The notes beneath the pieces are model-generated. The model saw only the letters and a list, made by a program, of their open reading frames with translations. It searched no databases and had not been told where the DNA came from. From the NCBI RefSeq assembly GCF_020745735.1, contig NC_083425.1, positions 10,217,575 to 10,281,574 on the forward strand: a DNA stretch of 64,000 nucleotides, read 5' to 3'. This stretch comes from Hemiscyllium ocellatum. Lineage: Eukaryota. The position numbers and the translations under genes are program-made. Positions 1-12,616 of the stretch are shown here, one piece after another. How positions within the stretch are numbered: position 1 is the first letter of the stretch; every line of letters begins with the position of its first letter.

Positions 1-489
1 CAAATGTCTTGGGAATGAGTTTTGTGATTGGTATCCATGGCAACGATGCACCTTTCCAGGACTTGCCAATGAGGATATTGTTTAGTCTGTGCAGTTGTGA
101 AAATACAATGATACTCAACTGTTTCACATGACTACAATTAATCTCCTACCTCAGCGCTAAAACCAATGGCCCGAGTCAGATTGAATTAAAAGAATCTATT
201 AACAGCTTCCATTAATACTGGGCTCAATTCCCATAGCAACTCATGGGATGCAAGCTGCATTCTGATCACTATCACTGAGTAGCAAAGCGCCTTGCCAATC
301 CAGTGCCAAAGTAACGTCTTACAGTAGCCCACTGCGATGATTCCAACACATGGCACAGACAATTCTGAATGCCCCTTGGTAAACACAGTAACTGCAACCG
401 CCCCCCCCACCCCACCCCCACTGCCCCCCAACTCCCACTAAAGGAAAAGACAGGAAGTACCCTAAAAGTATGTACAAAACCAAAAAAAA

Positions 490-1025
490 GAAAATGCTGG
501 AAAAACTCAACAGGCCTGGCATTAAGAGAAATCAGCATTAACATTTTGGTGCCAAAGACCCTTCTTCACAGCAGTTCTGAGGAAGAGTCACTCGACCTGA
601 AAAATGAAATAGACAAAGTCTTTTCCCTGGAGTGGGGGAGTTCAGAACTAGAGGGCATAGGTTTAGGGTGAGAGGGGAAAGGTATAAAAGAGACCTAAGG
701 GGCAACTTTTTCACACAGTGGGTGGCACGTGTATGGAATGAGTTGCCAGAGGATGTGGTGGAGGCTGGTACAATTGCAACATTTAAAAGGCATTTGGATG
801 GGTATATGAATAGGAAGGGTTTGGAGGGATATGGGCCAGGTGCTGGCAGGTGGGACTAGATTGGGTTGGGATATCTGGTCGGCATGGACGGGTTGGACCG
901 AAGGGTCTGTTTCCATGCTGTACATCTCTATGACTCTATTAACTCTGATTTCTCTTCACCTGCTGAGTTTTTTCCAACAATTTCTGCTTTGGATTTTGTT
1001 CCTGATTTCCATCATCCACAGTTCT
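490..1025. mobile_element. Penelope-like short element (family C, degenerate hammerhead CTGAGGA-A-GAGTC..GACCT-GAAA at ~577-602) interrupted by a CR1 fragment
   Basis: gctggaaaaactcaacagg ... cctgctgagtttttccaac inverted arms; the ttaactctgatttctc continuation resumes after the CR1 tail at ~939. Confidence 0.6.
608..937 (+). mobile_element. CR1 (HER1-type) LINE 3' fragment
   Basis: ORF 632-859 [43 protein letters not shown] (CR1 ORF2 C-terminus) plus 3'UTR ending ctatgactcta; nearly identical to 59735-60066. Confidence 0.9.
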
Positions 1026-1689
1026 TTTGGGGTTTTTTTGTTTGATGTACAAAGATGGTTTTGCAAGTCTCTAAAGCAAGAAATTTGAGAGTTTTTGTAA
1101 AGCCTGTTTATGTAGCAGTGGATCCCAGCAATGTGCAGGTGAATTGAAGCTGACGGGTTGTTTACCAGTGAAGCTGATTGGCTTGTGACCAGGGACCAAT
1201 TATCAGTGACGAAGGTTCTCTGTCACCCAGTAACAAAGAGATTCGTGGTAACTCTGCTGAACAGACTGAGCTGTGAGCAAAATAGAGAGAACTCCTCTTG
1301 TGGTAGTGCCCCTATCCCTGGACTCAGAGGCCCAAATCAACTCCCTCCTGCTCCAGAGATGTCTCATAACCTCTCTGAATGGGTTGATTAGAAACATCAG
1401 CTAAATAATAAAAAACACAGAGAGAACCTAGTCAGACCAGAAGAGAACCCAATAGGACTTAAGCAACTCTCTCTCTCTCTCTCAGTTCTCTGCAGTAAGC
1501 CACTTTAAACCTGAAGCAAACCAATTTCCCCTTCTTTCAGCAGATGCTGCATTTTGTCACGTTGAACTGGATAAGCCATAGACCTTTCTGGAGTAAATCA
1601 GCCACCCTGTGCCTCTCGCAAACTAGTGGAAATGTTTTGGAAAGGGAAGATCAAAAGGAAACCTTTGGATTAGCAAAAATAACGCTTTT

Positions 1690-2130
1690 TTAATTTCAAA
1701 AATATACTTTATTCATAAAAAAATCTCTGTATATACATTGTCACAAATGCAGTTCCGTTCTGTACAGTTGTGTATCAAGTAAACAAACAAATCATTGGAC
1801 TTTGACTCTATCTACAAAACCAAATACCTCTAAAAATACAATGCTAATATTTACATATATTTGAGACCCCGGGAGGTTCCAATAACTGAATGGACCCCCA
1901 TTTCCCTTCAGCAGGAAGCCCTCAGACAGTGGTCTTTCCTCACTGCACCTTGACAGCAGCTGCCCCAAGCATTAGTGCATCCCTCAGCATGTAGTCCTGG
2001 ATCTTGGAATGTGCCAAACTGCAACACTCAGTCAGGGTCAACTCCTTGCTCTGGCGGAACAACTTGTTTTGGGCAGATCAAAGAACATCTTTCAATGAAT
2101 TGATGGCCCTGCAGGCATGGACTTCTGGGA
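1690..2130 (-). mobile_element. Tx1/L1-clade LINE 3' fragment
   Basis: Minus-strand translation INSLKDVL*SAQNKLFRQSKELTLTECCSLAHSKIQDYMLRDAL resembles the Tx1 ORF2 C-terminus; AATAAA near 1708-1713. Confidence 0.6.
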
Positions 2131-2399
2131 GCAGAAACAACCCGAAAGTTCATTGGAACAAAGACCATGCAGCAAACCTTCCAGCTGTCTCTCTCTGTCT
2201 ATGTGTTTTTTTACCCCATGTTTATGTTTGGTTGTGTGTGTGCGTGTGTAAAGGGGAGATTACAAGGGATTAAGGCATAGTAATTTGCAGAGCTTATGTA
2301 ACTTAATAGTTTACCTGCAGCTAGAGTCTAATTAGACAGTACAAGCAATCCTGGGGTTACAATGGTTCCTGATGGTATTCATTAGTTGATCTGTATGTT

Positions 2400-2492
2400 C
2401 GAGGAGAAAGTGAGGTCTGCAGATGCTGGAGATCAGAGCTGAAAATGTGTTGCTGGAAAAGCGCAGCAGGTCAGGCAGCATCCAAGGAGCAG
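2400..2492 (-). mobile_element. Truncated Penelope-like pLTR insertion (family A)
   Basis: 12-bp TSD GATCTGTATGTT at 2388-2399 and 2493-2504; body gaggtctgcagatgctggagatc...ggaaaagcgcagcaggtcaggcagcatcc. Confidence 0.8.
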
Positions 2493-3774
2493 GATCTGTA
2501 TGTTGGTTGGAACACAAAATGGGACAAAGTAAAATAGCCATTCGTAAGTTTAGACAAATGTTTGGTGGCTGGATCTTTCAAATTAATATTAACGTGAGAT
2601 CTTGTTCATTAGGATGAATGTTCCGAAGTCAGAAACTTGTAAATGGGGGACAGCCTGTAATAAATAATGATTACTCGTTAATGACAGAAATTTAGTCTGT
2701 GTTTTCTATCAGTTTGGGTCTGAAAATCAAATAGTTCGGGGATTTTGTATTTGTCTTTTAAAACATTTAACTTTAAGGAATAACAGGTCTTGATTTCCAT
2801 CACATTCTACCTCAGTGAAGTGGGACATAATCAAATCGACATAGCTGTTTGATTTGAAAAGACGTTATTTCGAGTTCAACTTTTGTCAGGAGAGATCAGT
2901 CGCCTGCACTGTGTGTAAGGAACAATAGAACACCATGATTAATTTTGTCAATCTTTACTGCTCCAGCAACATCCTAAAGCTACTGAAGGCCACAGCCTGT
3001 TTGTGTTTTATTATCCACTCATGGGATGTGGGTGTCAGTGACATGACCCACATTCATTTCTCATTGCTCTTGAGGGGGCAGCAGTGAGCTGTCTCCTTGC
3101 ACTGCTGCAACACGGTATAGATACACAGACTGTGCTGGGAGGGAAGACTTTGACCCAGTGACGCTGAAGGAATGGCGATGTATTTCCAAGTCAGCATGGC
3201 GAGTGGCTCGGAGGAGAACTTGCAGGGGGTGATGTTCCCTTCTAAATGGACGTGGTTGTGGGTTTGCAAGGTGTTGTCTAAGGATCTTTGGTGAAGTTCT
3301 GCAGTACGTCTTGTAGATAGTACACACTGAGCTGCTACTGAGCGTGGAGTCTGAGGTGGTAGTAACATCATGAGACTGTGGTAAATATTTGCAATAGTCA
3401 CAAGCTGATCCAGACGTCATTCGGAATTCAGCTCTTTTTAACATTTCCTTGTCTAGACACTTCATATTTCTGTGGACATGAAGGGCTGAATGGCCTGCTT
3501 CCACACTGTAGGGATTCTATGACTCTCTGTTGGACTCTGGTAGCGCCTCCTTCAAATTCCATGATGCTATTCCTTCGGTTGGGGTTTAAGAGCATACAGC
3601 CTCATTATTCTGTTTGAGTCGGAGCAGAACCTTCTCTCCCAGAGACAACAGGAATTCTCTATCCCCTCTGCAGTGTGGTCCAGTTTTCACTTAACCTGAT
3701 CCACTCCCCCTGACTCCTGCCACTCTTACACCCCTTCCCAAAATGACCCACTGGTCTCTTCCCTGCAAGCACTC

Positions 3775-4067
3775 GGTGCAGTGGCTCAGTGGTTAGCACT
3801 GCTACCTCATAGCAACAGGGTCCCAGGTTCGATTCCAGCCTCGGGTGACTGCCTGAGTGAAGTTTGCACGTTCTCCCTGTGTCTGTGTGGTTTGCTCCGG
3901 TTTCCTCCCACAATCCAAAGATGTGTAGGGCAGGTGAATTAACAATGCTAAGTTGCATTAGTTAGAGGGAAATGGGGCTGGGTGGGTGGGTTACTCTTTG
4001 GAGGGTCGGTGTGGACTGGTTGATCAAAAGGCCTGTTTCCACGCTGTAGGGAATCTAATCTAATCTA
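3775..4067 (+). mobile_element. HE1-type tRNA-derived SINE (V-SINE)
   Basis: A box TGGCTCAGTGG, B box GGTTCGATTCC, central gtttgcacgttctccc domain, (AATCT)n tail. Confidence 0.9.
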
Positions 4068-5020
4068 AACACCCACTCATCCATCCTCTACACCATCTGG
4101 AACCTCTGGGTAGGCTGGGAAAGTTTGTTGTGCCATTATGAAGGGAAGTGGTTGCTGTTGGCACTAGCCTCGCAGGCATAATTATTATCCAGAGGTCTCT
4201 CAGAATTGCGTGGGCGAATGATGTTACAATGCAGAAGCCGAACCCCTCTGTTAATTAAAAACCAAGCAATCAGAAAGGGTCGGCACAGCTCGTAATCTAT
4301 TAAAAGTATGAGGGAGTGAAAGAGAACTCTGAATTTTCACTATTTAAACAAAAATTACCATTTATTTTCCTAACAGAACACCAAACAAGAACTCCTAACA
4401 AATCCAAGCCCCCTTTTCCTTGACTAATTACTGTCTGACCCCAACTCAATAAAAGTGCTGCTCCAACAACACTATTAAACATGGCATTAATTTAATCTCA
4501 AGTCCACACAGTCTCTGTCTTCTCCCGGATTGTCTTCTTACTTTTTACTGCTTTTTAAGGAAAAGGTACCTTCCGAGAGAGAGTGCTTTCTTATATCTTT
4601 GAGCACAAGGTATTAGATGGGCAGTTAGCTCTCCAGTTCTACGGCAGCTATTTTGGCATTCAGTGGCAGTTACTGGGACTAATTTTCAAAATGCCCGCAT
4701 TTTAACCCCCCAACATCGTTACCTCTCATTGGTCTGATGTTGTCAACACAATAAATTCAAGCTCAACTGGGTATTAGTATCCTGGGCATAATTTAACTTA
4801 ATTGGTTAAATTTGAATTGTTGTCAAAACTTAGGTATCCAATTATCAGCCAATTGCTACATGTATCTATTTCAGAACAGCCTGTCTGGAAATGTAAAATT
4901 TTCATCGTTAAAAATTAACTGCTGGTCCTCTTGACCTCAAATGGGCATCTACACAACATCCGCACAATCATTCAAAATTAACATCACTTTAAAATTCAGA
5001 AAACACTTTCTATCTTAAAG

Positions 5021-5444
5021 AAATGTTGTGGAGGAGCCGGTGTTGGACTGGGGTGGACAAAGTTAAAGATGATTCTAGATTAGAGTGGTGCTGGAAAAGC
5101 ACAGCAGTTCAGGCAGCATCCGAGGAGCAGGAAAATCGAAGTTTTGGACAAAAACCCTTCAACAGGATTCCAGATGAAGGGCTTTTGCCCAAAACGTCGA
5201 TTTTCCTGCTCCTCGAATGCTGCCTGACCTGCTGTGCTTTTTCAGCACCACTCTAATCTAGAATCTGGTTTCCAGCATCTGCAGTCCTTGTTTTTACAAA
5301 GTTAAAGATGACAAAATACCAGGTTATAGTCCAACAGGTTTAATTAGAAGCATGAGCCACCTGATGAAGGAGCAGCGCTCTGAAAGCTAGTACTTCCAAA
5401 TAAACCTGTTGGACGATAACCTGGTGTTGTGTGATTTTTAATTT
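5021..5444. mobile_element. Penelope-like short element, family B, with hammerhead motif at 5358-5392
   Basis: TSD TATCTTAAAG (5011-5020) / TATTTTAAAG (5445-5454); internal inverted arms accaggttatagtccaacaggttt / aaacctgttggacgataacctggt; CAC-CTGATGA-A-GGAGC-AGC-GCTCT-GAAA-GCTA. Confidence 0.75.
5073..5295. mobile_element. Penelope-like hairpin element, family A (degenerate hammerheads in both arms)
   Basis: 16-bp TSD ACAAAGTTAAAGATGA at 5057-5072 and 5296-5311; ~95-bp inverted arms centred near 5167. Confidence 0.85.
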
Positions 5445-5571
5445 TATTTTAAAGTGAACATTCACTCGTTCAACTTTGTAGCAGTGAACAACTCAGGGGA
5501 ACCATGAGGCTGAAGCTTGAGTCTTTCACATATACCCTTGTCCTTCATCACTTGAGACATGCTGCTGAGAG

Positions 5572-5739
5572 TCGAGAGTGTGGTGCTGGAAAAGCACAGT
5601 AGGTCGGGCTGCATTGAGGAGCAGGAGAATCAATGTTTCAGGCATAAGCCCTTCATCAGGAATGAGGCTTGCCTGACCTGCTGTGCTTTTCCAGCACCAC
5701 ACTCTTGATCTCCAGCATCTGCAGTCGTCACTCTCTCCT
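5572..5739. mobile_element. Penelope-like hairpin element, family A
   Basis: 13-bp TSD ATGCTGCTGAGAG at 5559-5571 and 5740-5752; asymmetric inverted arms. Confidence 0.85.
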
Positions 5740-7436
5740 ATGCTGCTGAGAGGCAACTGGAGGGACAATCAGGAAGCCCAGGGATGGAGTGACTTTGGGA
5801 TTGAGGGTGGAGGGGCATTGTGTAGATGCCCAGTTGAGGTCAAGAGGGACCAGCAGCAGGACAGTCAGGGTGCATCCTCCAGTAAGTCTGTTCCACTATG
5901 GGAACCCCGTCAATTCACAGAAGTATGTCTGCAGCTAAATAAGTGGGAAAGAAGGGTCAGTAATTTAACACTGTGGTTTAAGGAGATCATTTATTCATTT
6001 CTGGTTGGGAGACCACAACATGCGATGATCAATTTAAAATGATTCTAAGGAAGCTCGGAGATTGAGGTCAAGATCGATATCTTTATGCTGAGCAGTGCTT
6101 GACCCATTGAATAAAATGAAAATGGTAAGTTCTGGAGAAACCCAGCAGGTGGCAGCGTCTGTGGAGGGAGTGACTGAGTTAATTTTCAAGTCAGGCATTT
6201 GAAATTGAAGAGGGTTGGAAAATGATGGCCTTTCTGCTGATGGCAAGGGCACATAGAATAGATGGTGTGATTGGTAGGGCAAAAGACAAAACGAGTGCTG
6301 AAAGCAGTAAAGGAAAGATTGAGATGCAAAATAGGTGTTAATGATCACTAGTAGAAAATAGCTTGGCTCTGCTGACAGTTAAGCTATTGTAACAAAATAT
6401 GGGAGGTAGGAAGGAATGGCCGTAGAGGTGTAATCAAACTGAAGGAAAGAGATCATGGTTGGAAATTGTTGAACTCAATCTTGAATCCTGAAAGCTGTAA
6501 AATGCCTAAGGGCAGGAGAATGAGGTTTTATTCTCAGTTTAGTGAACCTTCTACCACCTCGCGGTTCTAAACTACAACTACAAATACTTACTGACTTATT
6601 ACGGCAATCATTCCCATGGAATATCCATAAACAGTGAGAAAGACACTGGAGAGCTTTCGAGAAACTGGTACAAATCAGTTGTCAACACAAATTCAGAGAA
6701 TAATTATTGAATGTTAAGTGTTTGGAGCATTCAATGAAGTATTTACTTGCGGCTTGTCTCCCAACCCCAGCGCTCACTCATCCATGAACCTCACCGATGC
6801 TGCTTTACAACAACAACTCAGGCAGTGGCCTGCATTACTAAACAACCCAAAGCCCCTCAGAGGAGGACATCAATGAGAGACATACAGAAAGGCAGCACGA
6901 GAAGATGCTTTTTATCAGCTTTCTCAGCACAGTTGATGAGTTTCTCCAGCAATTTCCGTTTCCGTTTCAGATTTCCAGCGCCCACAGTTCTTTGTTTTAT
7001 CTTAAGATGTTTTAAGGGACTGGAAGAGAAAATGGGCAGAGACTTCCTGTTAAAAGTGGGAGAGAGAGGTCAGGGAGATTGAGGGAGCTGACAGCAAGAT
7101 GAGGCAATGGGAGCCCTCCTCATTGATGGAGATGGAGTGAATGGGAGAGATGCAGGAGGATGAATGCAGAAAGGGAATTGAGTCAGAGGGAGATTCAAAG
7201 AGCAAGAAGGTGGAAGACATGAAGGTGAGGACAAGATTTAAAAACGAATGAGTTGGGCTCCAACTTAGTGATTGTACAAATCAGATAGTGCTGGGATTGA
7301 AGATTATGTCCCACCTCACCTAAAGTTATGGAAATAAACTCCAGGGGAAATAGGCTGACAATTTATCCACCCACCTTCCACTATCACACCATTCATTTGG
7401 AAAGCTGGTTCTCTGGGAAGAGTGCGGTGGATTATA

Positions 7437-7885
7437 AAACATAGAATATAGAACAATACAGTGCAGAATAGGCCCTTTGCCCCTCACTGTTGGGCCAACC
7501 TGTGAACTAATCTAAGCCCATCCCCCTACACTATCCCATCATCACCCATGTGCTTATCCAAGGATTGTTTAAATCCCCATGATGTGGCTGAGTTAACTAC
7601 ATTGGCAGGCAGGGCATTCCACGCCCTTACCACTCTCTGTGTAAAGAACCTGCCCCTGACATCTGTCTTAAATCTATCACCCCTCAATTTGCAGCTATAT
7701 CCCCTCATACAAGCCGATGTCATCATCCTAGGAAAAAGACTCTCATTGTCCACCCTATCTAATCCTCTGATCATCTTGTATGTCTCTATTAAATCCCCCC
7801 CTCAGCCTCCAATGAAGTTCTCCAATGAGAACAGACCCAAGTCCCTCAGCCTTTCCTCATAAGACCTTCGCTCCAGACCAGGCAG
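7437..7885 (-). mobile_element. CR1 LINE 3' fragment
   Basis: ORF 7526-7774 IRGLDRVDNESLFP..RGRFFTQRVVRAWNALP; (TTCTA)n-type tail. Confidence 0.9.
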
Positions 7886-9790
7886 GTAGACGGGGCCAGG
7901 AAATGGGGAGACCTCAGCTGAAAGACCTTGTTGACCATCCCGAGTCTCAGCCATGTTTATTTTACATTTTCTCGCGTTGGTGAGAAACCTTGGTTAGAGA
8001 CAAGAAAAAAACTGCAGATGCTGAATCCGAGGCAGACAGGCAGGAGGCTGGAAGAACACAGCAAGCCAGGCAGCTCCAGGCAATGGAGAACTTAACATTT
8101 CAGTTGTAACCCTTCTTCAGGACTGGCCTGCCAAATAACGATTCACTGTGGTTGAGCAAGCTATTTGACTAAGTGAGTCATTGCAACTGGGCTGAGTCGT
8201 GTTCTTGTCAGGACTATCAGAGATGGTTGGACAGTGATCAGGAGCTGGAACAAAGATTACATTCCACTCCCCTATCCCCGGCCCCTCAACCCTCAGGTAC
8301 TGAGGCCATTTGAAATGACTCTAGTTGAGATTAGAATGCTTAATGGACATAGGAATAGGAGTAGGCCATTCAGTCCATTGAGCATGCTCCACCATTTGAT
8401 CAGATCGCCTACCTCAATGCCACTTTTCCATTATTTGGTGTCAATAGCCTTTGAAGAGCTGTTGTTTTCTGTCTGGAATATACTCAGTGGAGGGATAAGG
8501 TTAAATCAATGGATAGATGAGCCTTTGAGATAGTTGTGATGTAACTGGGACCACGGTAGTCATGTGATAGAGACTCTGCTGGGAGGTTGGAACAAGGACA
8601 GATATCAGCAGAGAGATTGGTTGCTAATAGTAACGATATAATGGCTTTAAGTGATGTATTTTGTCCTATTTTATTTTGAAGAGAGGTTTTAAGGCAGAGA
8701 TGAAGAGCTGTCTATTCAAAGCCAATACAGTAAACAGCTTGCAAGTTTTTTTTAAAGTTGGAACAATAGAAGCAGCCTGAATGGGTGGGGTCAGGCTCCC
8801 CCCACCCCAATCGTACTGTCTGTTCCTTCCAGTCGGATAGACACTCCATTGTTCTGCCATTCCCACATTCCGATCACTTCATCTGAACTATCCACACATC
8901 CTTTCTTCCCAACACTCCACCACCCCTCCCACTATTGCATAGACGCTGCCCCCTTCCACACTTCACATCAGCTCTGATGGAGAGTCACCTCAACTTCAAG
9001 CGTTAGCCGTCTCTCCACGGACTCTGCCTGCCCTTCTGTGATTTCCAGCATTTTTTGTTTTCAGCACTTCTAAATAATTAACCTATGTAAATGGTTTGAA
9101 AGAAGAACATATGATTACTAAATTTGCAGGCGATGCAAAAGATAGGTAGGGAAGTTGTTTGTGATGAGGGAATAACGTGTATGTGAAGGATTTAGATAGG
9201 TTAGGTGATTGGGCAGAAAATTTGTTACTGGTGTATATTGTGAGAAAGTGAGGACTTATCCACTTTGGAAGGGAGAATGGAAAAACAGTGTATTCTTTAA
9301 ATAGGGAAAGATTTGCAAAATTCTGTGATACAGAGGAATCTGGGTATCATGGTACAGAAATCATAAAAAAAATTAGTTTGTAGATGCAGCAATTAATTTG
9401 AAAGCCAAAAGAATTGTCGGTGTCCATCGTCAGGGGAATGGAATATAGGAGGATGAAAATTTTACTACAGCTCTCCCTTGTGTTGGTGAGATACCATCGG
9501 GAATACTGCATGCAGTTTTGGTCTCCTTCCTTGAGATAGGTTACAATAGCATGGAAAGCAGGTCAGTGAAGATTGACTCATTACTGGGATGAGGGGGTTA
9601 TCTTATGGAAAAGGGGAGTTTGGGATAGTTTGAGTGAAAGGTGATCTCAGTGAAATATGTAAAAGCTTGGGTAGTCTTGACACGGTGGACTCAGAGGGGA
9701 TTTTTCTCTTTACATCTTGAGAGCTTTGTTTAAAAATAAAAGAGCTCCTGTTTAGGATGGAGATGACAACAGTCTTTTTTCTCTTAAAGG

Positions 9791-10456
9791 TGTTACAAAG
9801 TCAAAAGAGAGTATGTTCACTTTAAGATAGAAAGTGTTTTCTGAATCTTAAAGTAAATTTAGAATACAGCCAACTGCCAGAACATGGAACAACTAAGAGA
9901 CAGTCTTTTTCAAAATAGATGCATGCAACAATTGGCTGTTCAAGGGATACCTGAGTTCTGGTGGCTGTTTCGACAACAATTCAAATTTAATCAATTAATT
10001 TAAATTAAGCTCAGGATTCTAAAACCCAATTGAGCTTGAATTTATTGTTTTGACAACATCAGACCAATGAAAGAGAACCATGTTGGGGGTATAAAAAGCG
10101 TGGGTATTTTGAGAATTTGGTCAGAGCAACTGCCACAGAACAGTAAAGCAACTGCTGTAGAGCCAGACAGCTAAATGCTCATCTAGTGCCTTGTGCTCAA
10201 AGATATAAGAACTGTCTATCAAGAGTTAGCTTTTCCTGTAAAAATACTCGCAGTAAAAAGAAAGAAGTCAACCCCAGGGAGATCAGCAGATGGAAGATTG
10301 GAAACAGCACAGAAGACAGAGACTGTGTGGACTTGAGATCAAGTCAATGTCATGGTTAATAAATGTATTATCGGAGCAGCATTTTTATCAAGTTAGGGTC
10401 ACATAGTAATTGGTTAAGAAAAAGAGTGTTCAGTTTGTTAATAGTTTTGTGTAACA
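9791..10456 (+). mobile_element. Solo LTR (666 bp)
   Basis: Perfect 7-bp terminal inverted repeats TGTTACA...TGTAACA, 4-bp TSD AAGG (9787-9790, 10457-10460), CCAAT (~10064), TATAAAA (~10090) and AATAAA (10358). Confidence 0.85.
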
Positions 10457-10510
10457 AAGGGTCATCGATCTGTGGAATTCTCTGATGCAGAGAACAGTGG
10501 AGGCTGAATC

Positions 10511-10823
10511 ATAGAATCCCTACAGTGTGGAAACAGGCCATTTGGCCCAACAAGTCCACACCGGCCCTTCAAAGAGTAACCTATCCAAACCCATTTCCCC
10601 AACCCTATTACTCTACACTTACCCCTGACTAATGCACCTAAACTATCCTATGGACAATTTAGCATGGCCAATTCACCTAACCTGCACATCCTTGGACTGT
10701 GGGAGGAATCCCACACAGACACGGCGAGAATGTACAAACTCCACACAGACAGTTGCCCGAGACTGGAATCAAACCCTGGTCCCTGGTGCTGTGAGGCAGC
10801 AGTGCTAACCACTGAGCCACTGT
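10511..10823 (-). mobile_element. HE1 SINE
   Basis: Reverse-complement A/B boxes; flanked by GCTGAATC at 10503-10510 and 10824-10831. Confidence 0.88.
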
Positions 10824-11119
10824 GCTGAATCCTTGAATATTTTTAAGGCTGCGTTAGATAGATTCGTGATTGACAGAGGGGTCTAAGAGTATAGGAAATT
10901 GAGGCCACATTCAGAGTAGCCATGATATTATGTAATGGAAGAGCAGGCTTTGAAGGACTGAATGGCCTACTCCTGAACCTCATTCATATATTATTGTTAA
11001 CAGCTGAACTTAACAGGTCATTTTCAGGTCAGAAGGATGGAACTTGTAGGATACCACAATGATCAGCACTTGGATTTCAGCTAACTACAGGTTAGGTCAA
11101 TGTTTTGGATGAGGGGAGG

Positions 11120-11420
11120 GAGGATAAATATTTAGAAGTGACCTGAGGATCAACTTTATCACACAGAGGGTGGTTTCTGTATGGGAATGAGCTGCCAGAG
11201 GAAGTGGTAGATGCAGGTACAGTTACAAAGTTTAAAGGACACTTAGACAGGTACATGAATAGGAAAGGTTGAGAGGGACGTGGGTCAAAGTTGAGGGTGT
11301 AGTGCTGGAAAAGCACAGCAGGGTATGTGCCAAACGCAGACAAGTGGGACTAGTTTAGCTTGGGAAACCTGGTCAGCACGGACGTGTTGGACCGAAGGGT
11401 CTGTTCCTGTGCTGTACAGT
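11120..11420 (+). mobile_element. CR1 LINE 3' fragment followed by (GA)n
   Basis: acacagagggtgg..ggaatgagctgccagaggaagtgg, ttggaccgaagggtctgtt tail; small Penelope piece at ~11285-11322. Confidence 0.8.
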
Positions 11421-12294
11421 CTCAGAGAGAGAGAGAGAGAGAGGGAAAGAGGAAGGGAGAGAGAGAGAGAGAGAGAGGGAGATGGTGGTGAGTGTGACTG
11501 AAGGTCCCAACTCCCTCCAGCAAGGGGTAAGGAAGTGGGTGCAGGATCCTCAGGCTGACCTCAGTGGGAGTGGGAATATGAGCCTGTGCTGCTGTTATTA
11601 ATTCTGCATTAGCAAACTAGCCATCCAACTAACTGAGCTAGCTGACCTCCCCAGGATAGCAATCGCCTGAAATAATATTCCAGGATCTGGAATTTTAATC
11701 GGATGCTCGGGGCCAGGGCCATGGTTTGAACAATGCTGCCTGGAAGATGGGATTCCTGCTGATGCAGTATTCCCTCGGCATGCGGCTGAACTTTCAGCGT
11801 AGACTCGGAGCTCCCCGTGGGACCCAAACCCCAAACCTTCTGCAAACCAGGCAGATACCCCCTCAGCCAAGGCTGAACCCAGGGGTGGCATTTACTTCAG
11901 TGACCTTCCCTGAGGTGAGCTTGGAGGCAGGGGTTCAGGGTGGGGTGCGTTTCATCAGGGTCAGGGCTGTGTGCTCGAGACCATGCCCCACCTCTGGGGA
12001 CACAGAGTCCCTGTGTGTATAGAAGGCTGAGACAGAGCCTGGATCTTTTGGGGAATGGAGTATAGTGGGGAAAGGTCAAGAACGTTGATGTAAGGAATGT
12101 CAGATCAGCCATGATCCTAGAAAATGGCAGAGTATGTTTGAGGGGCCAAATGGCTGACTGCTGTTCCTATTGGTTGGTCTGTACTGATTAAGTCTCTGTC
12201 TGGGGGGCTTCTGGGTGACTCACTCAAAAATCTCTTCTCAAATCTTCCCAATATGATCAGGACACCAACCAGCGCTGGTTGGTTAGCTAACCAA

Positions 12295-12616
12295 CTTGTT
12301 AGCACGGCTGCCTCACAGCACAAGGGACCCAGGTTCAATCCCACCCTCAGGCAGCTGTCTGTGCACACTCTCCCCGTGTCTGCAGGGGTTTCCTCAGGGG
12401 GTCCAAAGATATGTAGATTGGGGTGGATTGGCCATGCTAAATTACTCATGGTGTCCGGGGATATGCAGGCTAGGTGGGTTAGCTTTGGGAAATGCAGGGA
12501 TGGGGGATAGAGTTGGGGCAAGGGGTGGGTCTGGTTGAGATGCTCTTCGGAGGGTCGGTATGGACTTGATGGGCCGATTGGCCTCCTTCCAATCTATTGA
12601 GATTCTAAGATTCTAA
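12295..12616 (+). mobile_element. HE1-related SINE (older subfamily)
   Basis: gttagcacggctgcctcacagc, B box GGTTCAATCCC, ggattggccatgctaaatt domain, gattcta tail. Confidence 0.8.

Larger units (their letters stand above)
4222..5483 (-). mobile_element. Solo LTR-like element carrying two nested Penelope insertions
   Basis: Termini TGTTACA / TGTAGCA, flanks ATGA/GTGA; homologous (inverted) to 9791-10456. Confidence 0.7.
9080..10975 (+). mobile_element. Old CR1 LINE remnant hosting a solo LTR and an HE1 SINE
   Basis: Degenerate KFAGDAK and EYCMQFWSP codons, CR1 3' end gactgaatggcctactcctg at ~10960. Confidence 0.7.

Noticed and set aside
3775-3845. tRNA genes suggested by A/B boxes
   Set aside because: All such heads continue into SINE bodies and tails; no standalone cloverleaf was found.
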